Shown piece after piece: positions 1-13,400 of a stretch of DNA of 64,000 nucleotides. The notes beneath the pieces are model-generated. The model worked only from the letters and a program-made list of their open reading frames with translations, searched no databases and was not told the origin of the DNA. How positions within the stretch are numbered: position 1 is the first letter of the stretch; each line of letters opens with the position of its first letter. Made by a program: the position numbers and the translations under genes. The stretch comes from Haliotis rubra (Eukaryota). The stretch spans positions 1-64,000 of the forward strand of contig NW_025766736.1 in NCBI RefSeq assembly GCF_003918875.1, given 5' to 3'.

Positions 1-985
1 CTGAAGATCAATTCTAACCCGGATCTTCACGGGTTATTATAATAATTTCCAGACAATTACGGTTGTGTTGTGAATATGAAACACACAGACTAGCAGAATA
101 TTACGTCCTGAATTCAAGCAAGCTTGTAGGACATGTTTGAAGCAACTTGAACCAACAATACCAGGAAACATCTGACCAGGGAATCTTCAACTTTAAAGCT
201 GAAAAATATGTAATGTAATATTTATGATAAATTCAAGTGATGATGATTTTTATGGAGAAACATGTACAATGTGTATGCCCCCCCCCCCAACATTTATGAA
301 CAAAATAATTGACCACCCACTGCTTGTCATGTACAAAATCAATAACACCCCACCCCCACCCCAATGACCCTAGACCGAACAAAATGGGTGACCCCCCTTA
401 AAATCATCACCACCCCTCCACCCACCCCAGCCAATAATTATGAATGGTCCCCTAGGATAACTAACTGTGGACTAACGGGTTAGTCACGCGGAGGTAAATA
501 TGAATACGTTAACCTGTTATTTAGTTGCATGTTATAAGGAAATTTTTGAATAAAGAGATTTTTATTACAATCGGCAACAAAATCAATAGTAAACACTGAG
601 TTTTCCTTCCTGGGTTTTAATGGAGTGCATCATAGTACTTCGGCTATTATAAACTCTTGCACGTAATTCACGTCAAACAAGATATAAAAACCAAACCCCG
701 ACTGATACACATAAGCCACAAAACGGGAAAAGAACGTTCTGAAATTAACATGGTGATTAAAGAGGAAACGTGTCTTATTCCCAGAATCATCACATGTCGA
801 ATTCTTAGGCAATTTTGTTACTTGCGTTACTTAAATTCAGACACACCATTTTACGTGGAAAACAGTTTTCATTCAGAGAGACATGCACATAATAAACATA
901 TGTTGTTTAATGTGAAAACAGACGTTGCACAAAAAATCAGATTGAAATTGCATATTTCAGTTTTCTCACCAGGATATCCGACGTG

Positions 986-1211
986 ATGTTGCTGCTACTG
1001 TTGTCGCTGGTGTACCTGCCGGGGGTCGTCACCGTCAACAACGATGTTTTGATGGATGGCGATGTGGTCCTCGGGGGACTGTTTAGTGTTCAAGACTATA
1101 CAGAAGGACGCTGTGAGAGTATACTTCCAAGCTCCATAATGACTCACGAAGCGATAAGATGGTTCTTTAAGAAGCTAAATGAACGGAACTACATTTCAAA
1201 TGTCTCCCTGG
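986..1211 (+). CDS. Exon: signal peptide plus start of VFT domain 1 (MLLLLLSLVYLPGVVTVNNDVLMDGDVVLGGLFSV...C...EAIRWFFKKLNERNYISNVSLG)
   Basis: Hydrophobic leader; GDxxLGGLF motif typical of class C GPCR N-termini; upstream acceptor ttttctcaccag at 972; donor G|gtaggt at 1212. Confidence 0.85.
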
Positions 1212-4200
1212 GTAGGTACTTCTTTTTCAAACTCGGTTCCTCCATACAACTGGACTATTAATGAGTGCGTCGTTAAATAACAAAATCAAACTCAAAATAC
1301 AACTGTGTTGGTGAGATATTGCTTTGTTTATATGAAAAAACAACAACATTTATGTATATTATGAAACTGCGTTGTTGAGGTTTTTCTGTAATTTTACGAA
1401 AATAATTATATATAATCTTCATATCCTTAAATATACATATTGCGTTTGACTGGTAATATTTCTAAATACTCATTATCAGTTTTTACAACAAATAACTGAT
1501 GAATAAATGACATATTTGACCTGATTTTTCATGTTAAAGGTTTACATGCATACAAAACCTGCGGTCAGCCCCCTTTGGCGGTAAAGGCGACCATTGCCAT
1601 GAAGAACACATGGGACGGTATATCGAAATTCCAAGGTAAAGCATGTAGATGTCATGACATTTTTCACTTAGCATCTTTGGTCGTCGATTGCAGCATCTGA
1701 TTGCATTGTATATCAAAGTGGTTTTCGTTAATGTTGCCGAGTTCTGTTTCAGGATTGTACCATACCATTGTTTATTCTTAAGTCATTGTTTATTCTTAAG
1801 TCATTGTTCAAGTAAACTTATTCTAAACTTTACACCTCCAGACATCTTTTGGATGAAACTGGATGTGATATGAAATAGGTGGTAATAAATCTATATAGCA
1901 AATGTTGAGCATAAGCGTGAATCAGCATTAAGTTTAGTCTTGGAAATTAGTCTTGAGAAAGGTCGACGGTCACAGCTGCCTCGGGCTCTCTGTCACCATT
2001 TGTTTCAATGATACACACTTCAATAATTAATGCCCACCTACATCATACATACATCTTTCGTGGATGTTATGAGGGACCTTTTTATCAACAAAGAAGAAGA
2101 CTGTCAGGAACATACACCAGACGCCAAAAGAAACGTTACCCTCCTACCTTTATGAATTACATAAAAAGTATCAAAGATATGGTACAAGGTATTAGCTTTA
2201 AAAGAAAGCTTAACAACACAGTTTTATGCAAATCACGAACATAAATTCTCAAATGCATTCATAATTAGATGAAATGCATCAGACTATTATTTTTCGTCCA
2301 TGCCGAAGTAAACCAATAACAGTAATTTAGATGTCCAAAAGAAAGTTTGAAATAAAATTCTGCTTTGGGACAAAGATAAATCATTTAAAATCACCATTTT
2401 TCAACTATTCAAACAAGAAACAACTGTTGTAGAGTGTGTTAAATTGTAAAATTATCATTCCTATGATTTCAGTCTTTTAAAACATTTTCTGCTGATTTGC
2501 ATCAGTGAAAAACAAGTAAAACGTGTCTTTGATATTGTGAAAAAATGTTTAGGAACTTCTACAATGATTTTTGTTAAAATTGTTGCTTACACATAGCAAT
2601 ATCAGTCGCCAAAACGCAGCTATATTCAAGCAGTATTTGCATCCATTTCACATGTAGAATGATTCTATAGGGTATGAATAGAGCCTAGAAAAGATGATAT
2701 GATACACAAGTACGAGAAATATGCCACGGTTAACAGCTGAAGAGAAAGGAAAAGCCACTGGGATGGTGCAGATGGGGGTCGACATACAATGCTGTTGCCA
2801 ACGCCCTCGGATGCCACGGTATCACGGTTATAAAACTTATTCAGGGCTTCAGACAGACTGGAGTCACCGTACACAGACCAAGAAGTGGACGTCCACGCAT
2901 CACAACGTCAGTTGAAGATAGGTACCGCCGTCATTAAGGAAGGAGGGTAGCGTGTCCTTTGGCGTTTAGTGTATTCAGGTGTCTATGCAACAGATTTAGG
3001 GCGTGGGAATAGTGTTTAAATCCTATCAATAAATCAACCCTTTTAGGTGTATAGATGCATGTATGGTAACCCGTCTAGATTAATATACATTGCTAGTAAT
3101 TAATTTCTAGATGCTTCCAGTAATTTCTCGTTGCTTCGAGTATTTTCACAAAACTTGTAATTTCGAGTTTTTGAAAGAAACTTGAAGCAACCTGAAAATA
3201 CTGGAAGAATCGAGAAATTAATTGACGGATCGAGAAAATACTCGAAATTTCAAGTCTTCAAATGCAAAGGAACTTGAATATCGAGAAAATACTCGAAGCA
3301 ACGAGACAATAATCGAAATAACGAGGAAATACTCGGAGCAACGACAAAATAATCGAAGCAAAGAAACTTTTCGCTGAAAATATATTTCATCCCACAAAAG
3401 TGGCAGTTTTAGGCTTTCGTAGATATACAATATCTGGTTCATTATTTCTCATAGCAAATATTTCATAAGAAGTATTGTATACTGATAATGCATTGTGAAA
3501 TCTGATTTTATTAGGAATTGTTGGACCCGGCTTCAGTGCAGAAACTCAGGACGTATCTCGTTTGCTGAGTTCGCTTCCAGAGGAGGATCGTCTGCTGCAG
3601 ATCAGCTACTCCGCCACGGCCGCCATCCTCTCTGACAAGAGTGTCTACAAAAACCTGTACCGGGTCATAGAAACAGATGATGTACAAGTGGAGGTAAGAC
3701 ATCCGACTTGTTATTAATCTTTCCATACGACGAAAAGTCTTCAGAGCTGCACATATATCCTAAGGACTTGATATCACGTCCAGTCACCTACAACCCTTGC
3801 ATACGACCAGATTTTTCCAGCTGTAGCCTCTGAATTCGATGGACGAGATATGACGTCGGGTTTTTTACAATGTTTCCATACGAGGGACGTGATAATTCGT
3901 CTACTCATACTAAACATATTTCACAGTTTTCTAGCCGTGTATCCTCGTCCTTCGAATGCAGTTCGTGTACTTTGTGACAGTGCATTATTTAGGATTTACT
4001 TGATTATCTCCCCTGGTCTATATGGCCTTGATATTCGGTGACCACAGAGCGTTAAATGGCTGGTTGTCGAAAATCGTATCTGACTGTATGCCAAGTTCTA
4101 TCTGCCATTTGCGATGACGAGAGTAGCTGTTACGACGTTTGACGTTTGATTGTTAGCAATGTTCTTTGACTGTTGACTGTTCTTATAGTTGTTACCACAG

Positions 4201-7200
4201 GTAACATTCGTTTCATCGTTGTTTCGATTTGGATGTCATGGCCCAATAATTCTAAGTGATGATATAAATCTACTAAACTGTGGTTGTTCTTCCACCATAG
4301 TGTAGTCACTGGATTAAAGAAATTGTCACAATTACCACACTGCTGTGTAAGTTCCATTATGTTTCTCCTCTTAGAATAAAATGTTTTCCAATGTTTCTGT
4401 GCTAAAGACGACCTATTTTTTCTCTTTTGGTCTGAAATATTTTAATCAAAGTTAATAAAGATGTTTTCAAAAAAAATCAGTTCATATGGATTTTGATGTT
4501 ATGCTAGTCATGAATGGTCCATGTCAACCGTTGCAACCATGGGTTGGTCATATCACGTCCCTCGTATGTAAGTGCCATGTTGCTCGTATTTAAGGGTTGT
4601 GACCCATCAGACGTAATATCTCGTCCTTCGAATGGAAAGAGTTAAGAACTATACATTGGGCTTATGTGACCGTGGTATTCAAACAGGGTAAAGATGGCAA
4701 AAGAGTCTGCAGAAACTGGATCAGAGAATCAGAGATCGCATGAATCACTGGCTGAATTAAGGTTTGTTTGCAAGAATGTCCGTAATGTTTAGCCTATAAA
4801 ACATTTTAAGGTCTTATGCTGACAATCGTGGTGACTCTTTGAATGGAACCAGGTACTAGCTTGTGAGAACAATGCGTAAGAACTTACGACATCGAAACAT
4901 ATGATATGTTCATCTACAAATAGTAGTTAAACTAACTTAAAGAATTTACACAATCATTATAGAGCCAATCATAACAATGATTTAGCTTCGTAGCCTGGGC
5001 CCTTATTCTCGAAACGTTCGTAGCCCTAAGAATTCTTAACTTTGATCGTAGCCAATGTGTTAAGAATGGGCTTAAGAAGTTCGTTGGGCTACGAACGTTT
5101 CGAGAATAGCTAGCCTGGTACGACCATCAATAGCTTAGTGCAATGCCCGTCTGTCTGTGCCATGTGCAGTAGATCGACTAGGAACACTTACTTTTCAGTG
5201 TTGACAGTTAAAATATACCCATCTAGTGAATGATTAGGTAGGTAGCAGTTCTTCTCTTGTTTGAATCCCTTCCTTTTCTATTGCTATACGTCAAATGCAT
5301 TCACACAGGTGAGAGATGAGTCATCCCAAGTCTCGTTCGCTGACATGTTTTTTTAGTTAATATTTGATGTCATAATGCGCTTGGAAGTTAGATGAATAAC
5401 TTAAACAGAAAACAGAAATAGTTAATAATTCAAAACATATGAAATGAAATTTCGGTAATACTTGTATTAGAATAATCAACTGAAATCTGTCATGCAGTGT
5501 ATTATATTTTTCAGCACTTTGCACTTAATCTTGTAAGTTTGCAGAAAACAGTTACAAGAAAAGGTTATTTTTTATAGTAATTATGATTTCCATTTTGCCT
5601 TTTGATATTGTGGTTAATTAGTTAATGACTGTCCAATGAAGGATGCAATAATAAAAAGTAGGTGTCATCGCCTGACGTGGAATGGGAGATATTTATCATA
5701 CATATATATACGATTATATTATGATACAAAATGAAAATCAATATATTCTTGAAACCTACAAGACCGTTGTTGGAATCGAATAAGAATATGCTGATCAACA
5801 AAATGTCAATTTGTGAAACAATAGTCTCGAGTGGTTTTACACGGTTTATGTTTTCATGAAATTAACCAACGGCACGAACTAAATTGAACCCCACAGATGA
5901 CCATCTGTCTTTATCTCGCCGTGTCAAAGTGAGATAAATGTAAACATAAAGAAAGAGCCCCTATTTTCACCAGGAGACACGTTTAAGGGGAGATAACTTG
6001 CTAGGAGGAAACTCTTGTAAAACGCATAGTCTTGTCAATGTGTTGTTATGTTTCGCAACTTCAGAACGCTGAGTCTTTCACACTCATGTATATAATAAAC
6101 AGTTGATATAAGTGCGATACTTATTCACCGGAACACAGCAAATACGCTGAGTAAACAGATTACTTAATATCATATATCATACATTACATATTTTCTTTAC
6201 AGCTTTGATGACAGTTTGAAAAGACAGATACACATTTATTAGAAATGGATACTAATCAAAATAACCATATACGATACCACTGCGTCTTCTCTCTTCCCTT
6301 GTCTTTGTCGATTTCTTATCTGTCAAGTTCTATCACTTTCTTAATCATGATGTCTATACTGTAAATTTTGAATTTTGGAAATACCAGAGATATGTGTTCG
6401 AAGTTGAAGAACTTGTTTCCAATCCCTTTCACATGTGAATAAAAAATGTTTACATCAAATGATTTAAATAGGATTCATTGTGTACAGAATTACAAGTCAG
6501 CATTTATATGGAAATTAATAAACCAGTATGATTGTGTAACGCATGTTATGTATGGGATTACTGACTGACTGACTGAGTTTGGTTTTACGCCCCTTTTACC
6601 AATATTCCAGCAACATCACGGCGGGGGACACCAGAAATGGGCTTCACACATTGTACCCATGTGGGGATTCGAACCCGGGTCTTTGTGTGCTGGAGATTAC
6701 ATGTAGGTGCAGGAGTGTGGGTTCGAATACCGAATGGGACTTAACTCAACAAAAGTACCATTCGTAACTACTCGTGTCATTCCGGCAAGCCGGACTATTT
6801 ACAAGGAAAGATAACTCTGAATTTCCAAACACGGCTACTCCTACAAATTAATAGTACAACACGAAAGTCGCTTTAAGTAAGTTACCTATGTCCTTAGCAT
6901 GTATCAGTAACAAGAAACTTTTATAATCACGGAAATTATAAGGAAAATCGATAATCGCAAAGAAACTATTTGACTCATTTCACCTCTTACTACACGCGAA
7001 TTGATTGGTTTGTAACGATTCTTGGCAATAATGGCGTACTGTACAGGTACGAGTTTTCTTGTGGGTCACGGAAAGAGGCGAGTAGTAACGAATGCAAAAG
7101 TACAAGAATCTGTTACGTCTGACCACTTTCAAAATTACATTGTGTATTCACAGTATAATTGTTATTCTTCTATCCAGATTATGGTTCAGCTGATGAAGTC

Positions 7201-10200
7201 CCTCCAGTGGAACTACATCGCTATTGTGTATGGTGATGACACCTACGGCAGGAAGGAGCCAAACCCTGAAATCCATGGCAGAGAGTCACGGCATATGCAT
7301 ACCCGTGTTCGTACCAATATCTCCGGGATCCGTGAGCGACGAACTACGACAACGCTTTGAGACAATTAAAGATGAGCTTCAAAAGGATTCACAATCGCCA
7401 GTGGTTGGTTTGGCTTTTTTCGGCCAAGCTGAAACTGCCAAAGCGATGTTCGATTACCTTGAGATCGAGCTCAGCAACTTCCAGATGATAGTTTCTGAGT
7501 CCATTGGTGAAAGTGAGTCATATTTGATGAAGTCTGACGGAAGCGTGTACCCATTAGCTAAGGGACTTCTCACCCCAAGTCCTCCATACTATGATGTCGA
7601 GCTGTTCCAACTACACTGGCAGTCGCTTCATACCCAAGGCAATGTTATGCGAGAATACATACAAGATGATGATTGGCTGTTGAAATACATGGAACAAGTA
7701 ACCAAGTGTTCCCTGGCAAATGAAACAAATATTCCACCATCCTGTATTCAACGGTCCACAGATTCAGTACAAAATGCCAAACTCTCCATCTACACCAACT
7801 ACGCACTGATGGCTGCAGCCGCCTTTGCAAAGACATACAAGACATTATATGAGTTGAAATGTCCTCAACAAACAGGTGTATGCAAGGATGTGGATGATTA
7901 TATCTCCAACAAGGCCAAGTTTATTGAGGAAATGGCTGCAGTAGAAGTCAACCCTGTCGTTGAATTTACCGAGCTGTCACCCTTTCGGTTGAAGTTTGGA
8001 TTCAGGAATGGAGAGCTTATGTACACGGAAATGGGAAACTATTCCACGTACATTGTTAACAATTACCAGCAATGCGACACTAAGTTTTGTCATGTGCAGG
8101 TGAGAGAAAATGTGTATACGTTGTTTTGTGTGCGACTTGTGTATGGATGCATGTTTTAGTATTCTTGAGGCTGGATATACCAACTTTTAGAAAGGTTACA
8201 ATAGGATTTTTGTACCAATGGATAAATGGAATTTCAATAATATATAGTCAAAATTGTTAAGACAGCAATATGATTAACTGGGATAACATGAGTGAGTGAG
8301 TGAGTATGTTACACTTTGTACCCATGAGGGGAATCAAACCCGGATCTTCGGCGTGACGAGCGAACGCTTTAAGCAGTAGGCTACCCCACCGTCCCGGCAT
8401 CACATGAGCTATCCATACATATAGAAAGCAAAAATTATTTAATTATTTTCGGATTTATTTCTTTGTTACTGAAACGTCAATTTAATATTCTCCCCATAAT
8501 TGATGAAACAATTCCTATTTGTGAGGTATCATTCACAACCATTCTATTGTAGGTTGCGGATTACGATGGTGCAAACCTGACTGTATCGACGGACCGCATC
8601 AGGTCCTATAGAAGAAATGGTGATGAAGTTATAGGGCCTGTAGCTGCCCAGTGTCAACAGCCGTATACCTGTGATAAGTGCAGTCGAACCATCACCCCTA
8701 CAGATGTGTTATACATTCCTGGAGACTACTACATAGTAGGACTTGTCCCTATCCACAACAAGAAACAAGATGACCCTCTGCAGTGTGGTGAACTACGGAC
8801 CGCCGACAGTGTGGACATTGCAGAAAGTATTTCATTTGCGATTAAGAGAGCCAACTCGCAGAAAACTACATACATATCGGCCTTCGGGGAAAAAACAGTT
8901 GGTTTGGTTCTGATTGACACTTGCAATAATCCCTTTCAGGCTAGAGAACAAATCATACAGTTGCATCGAGGTGAATTGAAATTGTCATCTAAACTTAACA
9001 GTTCCATGCTTGTTAATAGAATAATTGGATACGTTGGGCCATACGGTAGCTCTGTGTCAGTGCCAGTGTCGACTCTCTTGGCTGAGATAGATGAGCTAGT
9101 AATTGCATTTGCTGCAAGCTCTGTTGTCCTCAGTGACAGAACCTTGCATCCGACATTCATGAGACCAGTTTCTCCTGACAACAAGCAAGCTGATGTTATA
9201 ATGCATCTTGCTAAGATTCTTGGTGCCAAGTATGTTCAGATACTGTATACAGATGAAGTGTATGGCATCACGGGGAAGGAAGCGTTAGAAAAGTCCGCAA
9301 AGATCCACAAAGTCTGCATCGCTCAATCTCTTAAGATACTGGATTCAACTGCTTCTTCGAACTCCGTGGGCTACGTTTCTGAGTTGAGGAAGTTTCGCCA
9401 TGCCAGGATGGTTATCGTGTTTGTGAGGTCACACGTGGCACCTATTCTAATGACTGCACTCAATAAGGAGGTAGACAATGGGGAGTTCGTCTTCATTGGC
9501 GGAGAAAGTTGGGGAAAACGTCCACAGGTCCTGACGAATAACTTTCAAATTCGTGGCAGCTTGACCATAGGGCAAGATCTACCGCGGAACACGGCATTTG
9601 AAGACCATTACCGTGAAATTGATCTCGAGCAAACAGAAAACCCATGGCTGCAAGAATACTTAGAAGAACGTAACGAATGCTATTACCCTTTGAGTTTTAA
9701 GAAGAAAAACACACACCAATGTAGCCCTACCGTCTTAGAAGCATACCGTCCGACAGACACATGGGTGCCGTTTGCCATAAATGCTGCGCATGCTCTTATA
9801 ATTGGATTTAATCAAATTCTGGAAGACACTTGCTTTGGGTCTTTCCCAAATTGCCCCGAATATTCCACTGCTAAGCTAATAGAAAAGGTTAAAGCTGTTC
9901 GCCTTGACATGTATTACGATGGCAGAAATGTTCGTGTGTTCGACGACAATGGTGAAGGGAATGTAGCTTACACAATTTATCAGATTATCAGAGAAGGGAG
10001 TGCCCTTAGTTACAAAAGGGTGAGTTTTATTTATTTAATCGTTTAATTTCGTTTACATTGATGTGTATTGCAACTATATGGCGGCGGTCTGAAAGTAATC
10101 GAGTCTGGACCAGACAAACCAGTGAACAACAACATGCGCATCGATCTACGCAGTCTTCTTTTACAAAACCTTTTTTTCTTTTACAAAACCCTTCGAGGTC

Positions 10201-10342
10201 AGATACAAAAGAAAATTTCAGATTGAAATGAGATAACATAAACATGAGAGAGTGAGAGAGAGCGAGAGAGGCAATCATTACACATAAACTGTTGCGTTAT
10301 ATATAGTCTATATATATATAATAGATACTTGGTATATAGATG

Positions 10343-10406
<64 letters not shown>

Positions 10407-13400
10407 TGGCTGTTATGATATATCAATTTGTATAATGTTAACATTCCAGATTGGAACGTCTGAAAATGGGGTGCAGTTTGTGGTTTCAAACTTGGATACG
10501 TCGTTTGAAGTGGACCTGTCATCTAGTTGTCAGAACGATGTTGACTGTGGCATATGCTCCAGACAATTCAACAAATCTGGTTTAAGGTAAGATGAATTTG
10601 TATCACGTTGCTTCCTTCTGGCCTGACATAGCTGCCATTACAGAGATTGTGTGACTTATTTACTGTGTTATCACATCATAACAGATTTAGCTGGCGTCCT
10701 TGAGGTACACGGTCGAACATTTTAAGGGCATACTCCGTAATACAGCTTTCGTTGTTAGAGCATTCTACTGCACACAACTGTCATTGTTATAGCATTCTGC
10801 CCACACAGCTGTCACTGATAGAACTTTCTGCCTCACACAGCTGTCATTGATAGAGCATTCTGCCTCACACAGCTGTTACTGATAGAGCATTCTGCCTCAC
10901 ACAGCTGTCATTGTTAGAGCATTCTGCCTCACACAGCTGTCATTGTTAGAGCATTCTGCCTCACACAGCTGTCATTGTTAAAGCATTCTGCCTCACACAG
11001 CTGTCATTGTTAGAGCATTCTGCCTCACACAGCTGTCATTGTTAGAGCATTCTGCCTCACACAGCTGTCATTGTTAGAGCATTCTGCCTCTCACAGCTGT
11101 CACTGTTAGAGAATTCTGCCTCACACAGCTGTCATTGATAGAGCATTCTGCCTCACACAGCTGTCATTGTTAGAGCATTCTGCCTCACACAGCTGTCAAT
11201 GTTAGAGCATTCTGCCTCACACAGCTGTCAATGTTAGAGCATTCTGCCTCACACAGCTGTCAATGTTAGAGCATTCTGCCTCACACAGCTGTCATTGTTA
11301 AAGCATTCTGCCTCACACAGCTGTCAATGTTAGAGCATTCTGCCACAAACAGCTGTCAATGTTAGAGCAATCTGCCTCACACAGCTGTCATTGTTAGAGC
11401 ATTCTGCCTCACACAGCTGTCATTGTTAGAGCATTCTGCGTCACACAGCTGTCAATGTTAGAGAAATCTGCCACACACAGCTGTCATTGTTAGAGCATTC
11501 TGCCTCACACAGCTGTCAATGTTAGGGCAATCCACCTTGAAACAACTGTCATGTTTTCCTGGGATATTGTTCAGCGACCCCGTGAACAGTGACAATGTGC
11601 CAGCTATCATTCTTGGCGCGTTCGTGGCTGTGTTGGTGATCGTGGTCATAGCACTGGTGGTTGTGTTGGTCAAGACGCGTCGTAGAGCAGCTTCCACGGA
11701 CGGTGAGATATTTGTTTATGGTTTTCACTTTCCCATATAGGTTTGTAGATAAACACATTTTAGTTTGCAAAGTATAAAAAGTCGATAATGCCGATGTAAT
11801 GTAAGTTAATTTCAGTTTCCGTAGAGCATCTAAGTATCTTTAAATCCAAATATAACATTTTGTTTTATAAGAATACTCTCTATTTGTGTTTAGAAGTCAT
11901 ACAGTCATCTCCTTTTATTTTTGTATCACGGGTGCATTCAGAATAATATAAACATGTTGCAAACCTTTCCACAATCACAAGAAGGCTGTGCCAAAAGATG
12001 ATATTAATAACTCATTGAATCGGAAATATTTTTTCAAAAATAGAATGATTGTTTGTGGCCATGCCAGTTGTTAAGTTAGAAATATAGAGGTTATGTCCAT
12101 CAGTGACAAAGCATGACGTTCTATGTTTTTAAGGTGAAACTTGCTTCTGTATTTGTTGGTGATGGGATAAGGTACACTGTCCTTTTCACAGAACATCTGA
12201 TGCCACCATTGCATTGTTGTAAACTTGAACACGTGCTTATAGTTATAGTCAATCCCCACATGGCCCATTTCTGGTGTGCCCCTTCGTGACTTTGCTCGAA
12301 TATTGCTAATTAGAAGCGAAAACTTCATCAAATCAATCAATCAATCAGCCAATCAATCAATCAATCAAAATATAGTCATAGTCGTGCAATGGACTCAGCT
12401 ATAACAGCTTTATCATATGCAAGAATTATCTAAAAGGGTCATCACCCAGGTACTGTAACTATCTTCCACGGGTAGAAATGCTCATTTATTTGAAATAAGC
12501 TTATGAGAATTGAATGATGTTTTATGAGTATGTCGAACGTTTTTGCCTCATCGGTTTATATTTGTTTCTCATATCATACGTTGCAGCATTGGGATCTGGC
12601 CAAGGCGATGATTACCATGAACTTGATCTTGTGGCTCACAGTCGATCACCAGCCCAGTGTAAGGGACCTCCAAAGCCCAACTATAGGCACGGTGAAATAC
12701 CAGGTTCCATTTTCCCCACATTTTCCCTACTCCTCTAAATGCGCCTTTGTGTAATGACACTCGTTATACTGGAGTCGACCCGGGAAGACCCGGATTAGAA
12801 TTGATCTTCAGTTACCCATGCTTGTCGTAAGAGGCGACTAATGGGATCAGGTGGTAAGGCTCACTGACTTGGTTGACACGTACCACCGTATCCCAGTTTT
12901 GTAGATCGATGCTCATGCTGTTGATCACTGTATTGCCTGGTCCAGACTCTTTTATTTACAGACTGCCGCCATACAGCTGAGTGGGGCGCAAAACAACAAA
13001 CCAAACCAAACCATGCTTGAGTCATGACATGCCGGCGATTCCAAAATACTTTCACGATCTCACATCCCGATGACTTCTAACATTACTACGCTTATCAAAC
13101 ATGTCTTCACCCACCTTGTCTTATCTTAAAGCAGATTGAGTGTGTAACATGTTTGAGATCCAGCCACATGTATTGTGCACTCTTTAATTTAGATGAATAA
13201 GTATTACTGTTCCAATACGTTAATTGAAATTAAAAGTAAACTTTGAAGTGCGGTCCGCGATAACCAACAATATTAAAGCGCTCGTACAATGCGTTTCTCC
13301 GCACTGTGCCTCAAAAATTATTGCAATTATTGCTGGAGCAATTCCTAATTCCGTGTCGTCGTCTGATGATATATTTTGGATAGGATTTACTATGTCTCGA

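Noticed and set aside
7250-7265. Programmed frameshift or true pseudogenisation of the receptor
   Set aside because: Restoring one G and one C in short homopolymers gives GRKGAQTL. The neighbouring assembly is error-prone, so a consensus error is more likely, though unproven.
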